Positions 56,292 through 64,000 of a stretch of 64,000 bases of DNA are shown here, in pieces; positions within the stretch are counted from its first letter, which is position 1, and the number at the start of each line of letters is the position of its first letter. The stretch spans positions 256,001 to 320,000 of the forward strand of contig CAWJTV010000019.1 of the NCBI GenBank assembly GCA_963845755.1. The letters run 5' to 3'. The notes beneath the pieces were generated by a model. The model saw only the letters and a list, made by a program, of their open reading frames with translations, was not told the DNA's origin and made no database searches. Position numbers and translations under genes: made by a program. This DNA comes from an uncultured Planctomycetota bacterium (GTDB lineage Bacteria > Planctomycetota > Planctomycetia > Isosphaerales > Isosphaeraceae).

Positions 56292-59200
56292 ATGAGCCTG
56301 ACGCAATCGGGCCCCAAGTGGGACGACACGACATCGCCGTCCATCGCCTTGTTGGTGCAGAGATACGAAGCCGACTGGCGATCCTCGCCGGGGCCCCACC
56401 CGGATCCTGGGGAGTATCTACCGGGCGATCCGGAAGAGCGGACGGCCGCGCGCCTCGCGCTGTTGCGGGCCGATCTCGTCCTGCGATGGAAAGCACGGGA
56501 TCGATGCCCGATCGAATGGTACCGCGACCGTTATCCCGAACTCGACGGCGACTCCTTGGTGGCGCTGCTCTACGAGGAGTATTGCCTCAGGGAGGAGGCC
56601 GGAGAACGTCCCGAGGCGGCGGAATACCGGGTTCGGTTCCCCGAAGTCGCCGACTCGTTCCAGGAAGTCCTGGAGATTCACGACCTGATCGGCCGCGTCC
56701 GCGCACCCGAATCGCGCGGGCCCGGCCGCAACGGTACGCCGTTCCCGGAGCCCGGTCAGGCCATCGCGGGGTTCCGGCTTGTCGAGGAATTGGGCCGAGG
56801 CGCCTTCGCGCGGGTCTATCTCGCGGAAGAGCAGCATCTGGCCGACCGGCCCGTCGCCCTGAAGGTGACGCGAAGCGGTTCACGAGAGCCGCAGACGCTG
56901 GCGCGGCTCCAGCACACGCACATCGTCCCCGTCTATTCCTACCGGACCGACCCAGCAACCGGCCTGCACCTCCTCTGCATGCCCTATCTCAGCCGGATCA
57001 CGCTCCTGCGGATTCTCAGTGATCCGGGGATCCGATCCGCCCGCACGGGCGCGGACCTCGTCAGGCTGTTGGACCGCATCCAGCCACCGGACGGCGCCCT
57101 GGTAGAGCGCGCCGGCAGTCGCATGGCGCTGGCCCGACGGACCTATGCTCAGGCGATCGCCTGGTGGGGCGCCCGGATGGCCGAGGCGCTTCAACACGCC
57201 CACGACCGACAGGTCTTGCACCGCGACGTCAAGCCTTCGAACGTCCTCGTGACCGGCGACGGCCTGCCGATGCTGCTGGACTTCAACCTCGCGCAGGAGC
57301 CCCGGATCGACGATTCCGATGCCGCGGATGCCTCGGCTGGCGGGACACTCGCGTACATGGCGCCGGAGCATCTGGAGGCGCTCGCGGAAGGCAGGTCGAA
57401 CGCCGTTGACACCCGGTCCGATCTCTATGCCTTGGGCGTCGTGCTTTTCGACTGCCTGGTGAGAGGGACAAGGCCGTTTGCACCGGCATCGAATTCTCGG
57501 ACGATGACCGAGGCCTTGCTCCGCGCGGCGGAGGCCCGCCGCATCGCCGCGCCCCGGCCTGCGCGCGACGCACCCGGACATACCCCCGGCTCTCGAAGCG
57601 GTGGTGAAACGCTGCCTGGCCCCCGAGCCGGGTAATCGCTACGCCTCGGCCGCACAGCTTGCGGCCGACCTCCAGGCGGTGGCGGATGACCATCCCCTCC
57701 GCTTCGCCCACGAGTCGATCTCCAGCCGTTGCGTCGGCTGGCTCCGCCGGAATCGCCGCCGCCTGGCCTTCGTCGCGCCCCTCCTCCTGGCATTGGGCGT
57801 TTCGATCTACTCTCTGCTCGACGCCCAGTTCGCGGCGCTGCGGCTCAAGGCCGAGGTGAGGCATTGGGTGGACGAGGGCCGGCATTCGGCCGCGGCAGGA
57901 CAGCTCGAGCTCGCCGTGAGCCACTTCGACACGGCTGCCCGGCTCTCCGAAGGCGATGCGAATCTTCAAGAGTGGCACGACTCGATCAAGCGAGAGGAAC
58001 GACTCGCTCGGGAGACCAAGGAGATCAAGGACAAGGCCGAGGAGTTGTTCGAGGTCGGGGAGCGACTTCGGTTCTCCCTGCTCGGCTTCCGAGGCGACCT
58101 CAAGGTCGCCTGCCAGTGGGTAGAATCGGCCCTGGCGAGTTTCTCCATACCGGACGACCCGGATTGGATGCGACGTTCGTTGGGGCTGCTCGACGTGCCC
58201 CGGCGCGACCGCCTGGTCGGCGAGGTCAACGAGCTGCTTTTCCTCTGGGTCTTCGCCATGGACCGCGAGTGGCCCCGCGACCCGGCGGCGGCCCGCCGGG
58301 CCGTCCAGATCTGCGACGTCGCGCTGGCCTTCGCGACGACGGTCGGTCCCTGGCGGGCGATCCGGGATCGTTGCGTCGGGACGCTCGCCGGCGAGCGGAC
58401 CACCTCCCAGGTGCCCGCCCGCACCGAAGGCGAGACGTCGGCCCGCGGTTGCTTCCAGTGGGCGCTCCTGTGCGACCTGGAGGAGCAAACGGAAGCGGCG
58501 GTCGCCTGGCTGGAGCGAGCGACTCTCCTCGAGCCCTCAGACTACTGGTCTCAGTTCTACCTGGGCACCCATCGCTGGCGCCTCGGCCAGAACGGACGAG
58601 CCATGGAGCATTATCAAGCCGCCGTCGCGCTACGGCCCGACTCGCCCTGGGCCCGATGCAACCGGGCGGTCCTCTATCACGCTCGGGGCGACTGGGATCG
58701 GGCTCTGGACGACCTGAATCGGGCACTGGCGTCGCCCCAAGGGGCCGACCTCCTGGAGGCCCGCCTGGAACTCGGCGTCGTGAAGCAAGTCCTCGGCGAT
58801 GACGAGGGAGCGCGCGCGGCCTATGAGACCGTCATCGCCGCCGGGAATGGCAGCGCCCTGCGCGAGCCGGCCGGCTCAACCGTGCGAAGCTCGACTTCGA
58901 CGCCGGCGCTGTGGACCGGGCCTGGGCCGAATACTCGGCGTTGCTGACCGAGGATCCGCGTGACGCCCTCGCGCGGTGGAATCGTGCCCTGTTGGCCGTC
59001 CGGTTGGACCGTGCGGCACTGTGCGAGGCGGATCTCACCATCTTGCTCCACGAGACACCCGAGCGAGCCGACGAGATCCTCGCGCGCCGCGCCCTTGCTC
59101 GGTTGGCACTCGGCCGACTGGAAGGCGCGGAGGAGGACGCCGCAGTCGCCTACCGCCGCAAGCCGAGCCCGAGCCGCGAGCGGCTCTGGGTCCGGACGTT

Positions 59201-60001
59201 ACTCGCCCTGCGCCGCATCGAGGACCTCTTCTGGCTCAGCCGTCCCGATGAACTCACGATCCTACCCGGCGGCGGACCCTCTGTGATGGCCGATCTCCGC
59301 GAGGCGGAGATGCGACTCCGATCGATCAGCCGGGTGAATGGGCGCGAGATGACACCTTCGCGGGTCCACCGAACCCGCGCCGTGCTGCTCGAGCGCACTC
59401 AATGATCCGTCGGCCGAGGCCGAGGCCACCCACGCCATCGCGCTGGCTCCCGAGTCGGCGGACGCCTATCTGGTGCCGCGCCCGTGTCCGCCGCCTATCC
59501 GGCGACCGGCGGTCCGCCTTGGTGGACGTCGAGTCTGCCCTGGCCCTCGCGCCGGGCGATCCGCGCCTGCTCGAGCTACGGGGCATCCTGAAGACCGAAT
59601 CCGGGAACCATCAGGGAGCCCTGATCGACCTGGACCGTGCCATCCTCCGGGGAGCCCCGGGGACGGTCCGTGCACCACGGGCCTCGGCCTTGATGGCCCT
59701 GGGTCGCAACGAGGCCGCCGTCCGCGACTGGTCGCTCGCTCTGGACGAGGATCCCGAGGATGCTGGCGCCTATCTCGGACGGGCCAGGGCTCTCATCCAG
59801 CTCCGACTCCACGACCGGGCCCTGGTTGATCTCGAACAGGCCGCCGACTGGGCCACGGATAGTCCGTCGCTGTTACCACGGATCGCGGCAGCCTACACTC
59901 TCTGCCTGGGTTCGCGACCGGATCAATTCCCGCGCTGGCTCAGCCTCGTTCGACGTGCGTGGTCGGTGTGGAGAGAATCGGCTCGAGCGGGAGATGGCTG
60001 A
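56292..60001 (+). CDS. Ser/Thr kinase with TM helix and TPR repeats (three frameshifts)
   Basis: 'LGRGAFARV', 'HRDVKPSN', 'LDFNLA', 'GTLAYMAPE', then TPR-like helices in successive frames. Confidence 0.88.
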
Positions 60002-60053
60002 AAGGCAGGGATCGAGCGGGATGCGATGACCGAGCTGGGTCGCCGTTGTGGCA

Positions 60054-61603
60054 TCACCTGTCGGGAGGCGGTGCGGACTTTCGGAGTCGATCCCTCCGGA
60101 ATGGTCGAGGTCCGTCGCCTGCGGCCATGCGGGAAGTCAGATAATCGAAGCCGGCAATTGGTTGGGAGAGGACGGCGTTCAAGGTAAAGACGGTCGCCAG
60201 TCCCAGGCCGGAGAAGACGGAGATCGTCAAACCTCTCCAGCGGCGATCGTGAGGAGTTCGGGATCGGTCCGCAACATCCGCTCCGGCGGCGAGACTCTCG
60301 GCGTTCGCCAGTAGGACCTGGGCCGCATCGTTCGAAATCCAGCCGGTCATCGCCGGCGGAGTTGCAAAGTCACCGACAACTCGGGCCGGATTCCTCCGTT
60401 GATGTCCCAGCGCGACCGCCCCCAGCAACCGAAACCCGCCGGGACCGTTGATCTCCACGAGGGCCTCGGGTTCGTTCTCCCGACCGGACGACGTCAGGGA
60501 CTCAATGTCGTTCCCCGGTCGGGCGCCGGGCCGTTGGGAGACTTCTCGTCCCATTCTTTGTTGACCACAGCGTGGAAGTCGCTCGCGGCCGGGGGCGCGG
60601 GCTCGCCGTCGGACAACAGTCCCCCCGGGGGCCTGGCCGATCGCATCGCCGGCGACCCGACGGCTACCCGCAAGCCCCCGGATTCGTCAGCAGGTGAACC
60701 CGGAGTGGCCTGTGAGCCTCCACTTGACGGTTGTACGCCGCGTCCGGTCGAGGCCGGCGGTGGCGCCGCGAGCCCAGGTGAGATCGCCGAAGGAGAGCCG
60801 GCCGGATCCGCGCTCGGAGCGGTTGTCGGAGGAGAATTCGGCTGGCGGGCCACCCAGAGTTGATAACCGGTCGACGTGGACGGTCCTGCGGATCCGCTCG
60901 AATATCCCCCGGTGATCCCGAAGTAGACGGTTGAGCCCGCAGGCAAGGCACCGAGCCCGCCGTACAGAGACGTGGCGCCACCCTGGCCACCCAACGCCCC
61001 CTCACCGAGCAGGTGACCCGACCCATCGAAAACCAGCAATTGCACCGGGATCGTCGGTGCCGACTGATTCGACTCGAATCCGAACTCCAAGCGCACCACC
61101 CCGGCATTGAGGGTCACACGGTACAGGTCGATGGGATCTCCTGAGCCGAGTGTCCCAACCACGCCGACAAATGGGAGGTTCGGGAAGCCCTGGGCCGTCC
61201 CCAGGGTGTGATGCGGGCGATTCGTTTCGGGCACGACCACATACTGGTCTTGCGTCTGGCCGAGCATCGTCGCGAGGTTACGGCTGGAAAACCAAACCTC
61301 GTCCCCTGAGCCGGCCTGGTCAACGCTCGAGGCCGACCCTCCATCAGAACTCGCCCAGGAAACGGGCTGGGAGACGCTCCGAGGATCGAGATCGCGCAAT
61401 GCGTTGGACATCGCGGCGGCCGCCGGGCTGCGGCTTGGCATGGGTATGCCGTCGTACAATTCGCTCCCCGGATTCCAGCCCGACAACAGGCAACGCCCCT
61501 CCAAGACCTCGAGGCGCGGCCTTATCCGAAGGCTGCGGCGCAACCGCTCGGCCACTTCCTGGCCCGACCTCTCGGTGAGCGTTTGATCGCTAATGGATGG
61601 CAT
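60054..61603 (-). CDS. Secreted protein with planctomycete N-terminal motif and PPC-like domain (one frameshift)
   Basis: 'RPRLEVLEGRCLLS', 'GTLGSGDPIDLYRVTL', C-terminal TM helix. Confidence 0.65.
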
Positions 61604-61884
61604 CGTGGCTCCGTGGATGCGTCCGGGGCCGTCTACTCTCCGGGGGGGACTGAATAGGTCCCTCAAGACGGTGACGAGATTTCCCGACAAACCCGACAGA
61701 AAATCTCGCAACACGTCCCCTGATGGATCCATCCTCTGAAACGAACCCTCTCTCTGGGGTGAGGGAGGTCTCTGTACGGAGACGTTGCATCCGGATCTTA
61801 TGCCCGAACCGTCGATTATACAAGATGCGACGAAAGGGACGGGTTTCGCTCGAGCTGGCCTCTCGTGAGAAGCGGCTACACCGA

Positions 61885-62544
61885 TTATCCCCGAGGGATG
61901 GTACCCAGCGGCCCCTCATGGGACTCCACGCCGCGACGAATCAAGCGATCCCGCAAAGTCTTCCGAGCCCTCGAAAGCCGCCCCTTGATCGTCCCAACCG
62001 GGCATCGCAACTGCAAGGCGGCTTCCGTGTTGCTCTTTCCCTCCAGGTAACACAAAACCACGGGCAGCCGATAACAATCCGGCAAGCGACTCACCTCTTC
62101 GCGAAGTGACTTGAGAAGAGAGAAGTCGGGCGCGTCAGGGGGATACTCGACTTCGGAGGTGAATCGGTTTCTCTCGCGGTCCCGACGTTGGGCGGCCTTG
62201 AGCCGTACCCTCCGCGCCGTCCGGACGGCGACCCGATGGAGCCATGGGGCGATGCTATCGCTGTGCTTGATCGTAGTCGCACGGCTGGCCAGAATCAGGA
62301 ACGTATTCTGGAAGGCATCTTCAGCATCGTGCTGCTCGTGGAGGACGTCACGGCAAACCGAGAGGACCATCGGTCCATGAAGGTCGATCAAGACTCTGAA
62401 TGCGTCGGGATCCTTGTCGGTGATGAAACGATCCAGAAGGTCTCTCTCCGTCATTGCTCGATGCTCCTCGGACGATCGATACGGGGCCGGAGATCGATTC
62501 GGTCCAGGTGTCGTCCCGCTTGACGTCGCCTGATTTTCGGGCAC
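61885..62544 (-). CDS. ECF sigma factor
   Basis: 'HGPMVLSVCR', 'DAEDAFQNTFLIL', 'WLHRVA', 'LCYLEG', 'GTIKGRLSRAR'. Confidence 0.92.
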   Translation of the reverse strand: MPENQATSSGTTPGPNRSPAPYRSSEEHRAMTERDLLDRFITDKDPDAFRVLIDLHGPMVLSVCRDVLHEQHDAEDAFQNTFLILASRATTIKHSDSIAPWLHRVAVRTARRVRLKAAQRRDRERNRFTSEVEYPPDAPDFSLLKSLREEVSRLPDCYRLPVVLCYLEGKSNTEAALQLRCPVGTIKGRLSRARKTLRDRLIRRGVESHEGPLGTIPRG

Positions 62545-63226
62545 GATAGCCAGAACGACCTGCGGTTCTGTTGCCGGGGTAATCGCGATGCTTGCGTCAA
62601 CTCGAAAGGACTGCTATCGACACTTCCGCTTCAAGGCCGGCGGCCGGACCGACCGCACTTGCCGGCCATGATCCCCGCTGACTCCCTAGTCAAGGACGAG
62701 AACGTTCCGCGTTCCCGACATCAAATTCCGGGGTGGCTCATGGCTCAGGGCGGTGATCCTGACTCCCGTCGTCTTTCCGCGGCCCGGCATCAATGAGGAT
62801 CTCTCCGGACCGCCACGGACAGCCGGGGATCTCGTGTCACCGGTGTCGGGGTTCGAAAAGAAAAGGGCGGCCGCTCGCACCATGCGGGATGCGAGTCGGC
62901 CGCCGTGTTTCCCTGGGGTCCCTGGCCAGGAGAGATGCACCGATCTCGCTGTCTCACCCGGCCGATGGATCCGAGATCGGCGAGCTTCAAGGCGTGCCTG
63001 CGGAGCTCCGCAGGGGCAGCCGTGTATAGCCCGATCGTGCCTACCCCAGCGGCCGATCCCGATACCACGACTCCCCTTTCTACGAGCCCCGGCGGCGGTC
63101 GCAGGAAATCGAGGACATCGCGCTCCCGTGACCCCGGAGTTAATACCCTGGGCGTCTACCAAGACTTCGGCTGATTCCGCCAGGCCGGCGATACGCAAGA
63201 GATGACTTGACGCGGGCGAGACGAGT

Positions 63227-63688
63227 TCATTTTTTCCACGGGCGTTGCAGTCGCCGAATCACGAGAAAACCAAACGACCCAATAACAAGCGTCCGCAACA
63301 CGGCCGCGATGGGGTGAGTCTTGCCCTCGGGGTGAGTCACGGGCTGCCCGTCGCGGACATTGCGATCGTCCACGATCGGCATATCCGTGAACGGTGTTTG
63401 CCCGAGGGCGGCGGGCGTACTCGTGGAAGGCAGATCGTCGGTAAGGACCGGTGTTCTGATGGACTCACTGGAGTCGTCGAAGTCGCCGCTGGCATGGGAT
63501 CCGCGACCACTCGACGTGCGCAACTCGATCGCGCCGACCGTGTCGCGGCCGATTTCGGACGATCGTGCCCCAGAAGTGGCAGGGGTTACGCCGAGAGAGT
63601 CCGTTGACGAATCCCCCAGAACGGTCGTCGTGAGAAGGACAACCGAGCCGAGGACGAACCCAAGTGTTGGAGTTAAACGACCAGTCAT
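63227..63688 (-). CDS. Hypothetical exported protein with C-terminal TM anchor
   Basis: Signal-like N-terminus, hydrophobic and basic C-terminus, GGA-rich upstream region. Confidence 0.5.
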   Translation of the reverse strand: MTGRLTPTLGFVLGSVVLLTTTVLGDSSTDSLGVTPATSGARSSEIGRDTVGAIELRTSSGRGSHASGDFDDSSESIRTPVLTDDLPSTSTPAALGQTPFTDMPIVDDRNVRDGQPVTHPEGKTHPIAAVLRTLVIGSFGFLVIRRLQRPWKK

Positions 63689-64000
63689 GATCGGAAGGGA
63701 ATCCTCTGAGGCATCGAGGTCAACTCCCGCTTGATTTCGCGTCCCGCCCCCATCGTGGAATGGGAATTGACGGGCTCGCCTGGCGCTGCCCGCGAGTTTT
63801 CTGGCGCGTGCGGCGAGGTGTCGAAAAAAGGGCGCAGGCCGCTCGCATCGTGCGGGATGCGAGCACCCTCGAGCCGCTCCCTCGGTCGCCGAGGGAGCGC
63901 GTCCTTGGAATCGATCCGAGAATTATGTCCGTTCTATATAAGGTGGGTGAAACCCACCGGAACTGGGCCGTTTCTCTTCCGAAAAATCGGTAGCGTGACA

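Overview
High-GC window that looks planctomycete (Isosphaeraceae-like). The evidence is a DUF1559 prepilin protein, secreted proteins with an 'LE.R.LL' N-terminal motif, an ECF-sigma/Ser-Thr kinase pair and Uma2 paralogues. Many genes carry 1-nt indels, so several calls are rebuilt across frames. The main feature is a ~20 kb type III-B CRISPR-Cas island (4.6-24.9 kb). Its leftward arm runs: hybrid mini-array, csx3, csx3, P-loop NTPase, 4-TM membrane protein, possible small Cas2-like ORF, Cas6-RT-Cas1 fusion, cas2, leader, 54-repeat array. Its rightward arm runs: antitoxin/ParE-like toxin pair, cmr1-cas10-cmr3-cmr4-cmr5-cmr6, second cas6. I recognise no CARF/SAVED/CorA/NucC effector, which makes the csx3-csx3-NTPase-membrane cassette the best candidate for an undescribed effector or regulatory module. 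The rest is mostly housekeeping and signalling genes (mdh, eda, kinases, ABC transporter, rluE, XPB-like helicase with DUF790). It also holds an IS5 element inside an ECF sigma gene, two MITE-like elements, a HEPN-like pair and an ABC-ATPase/TOPRIM-like defence candidate.
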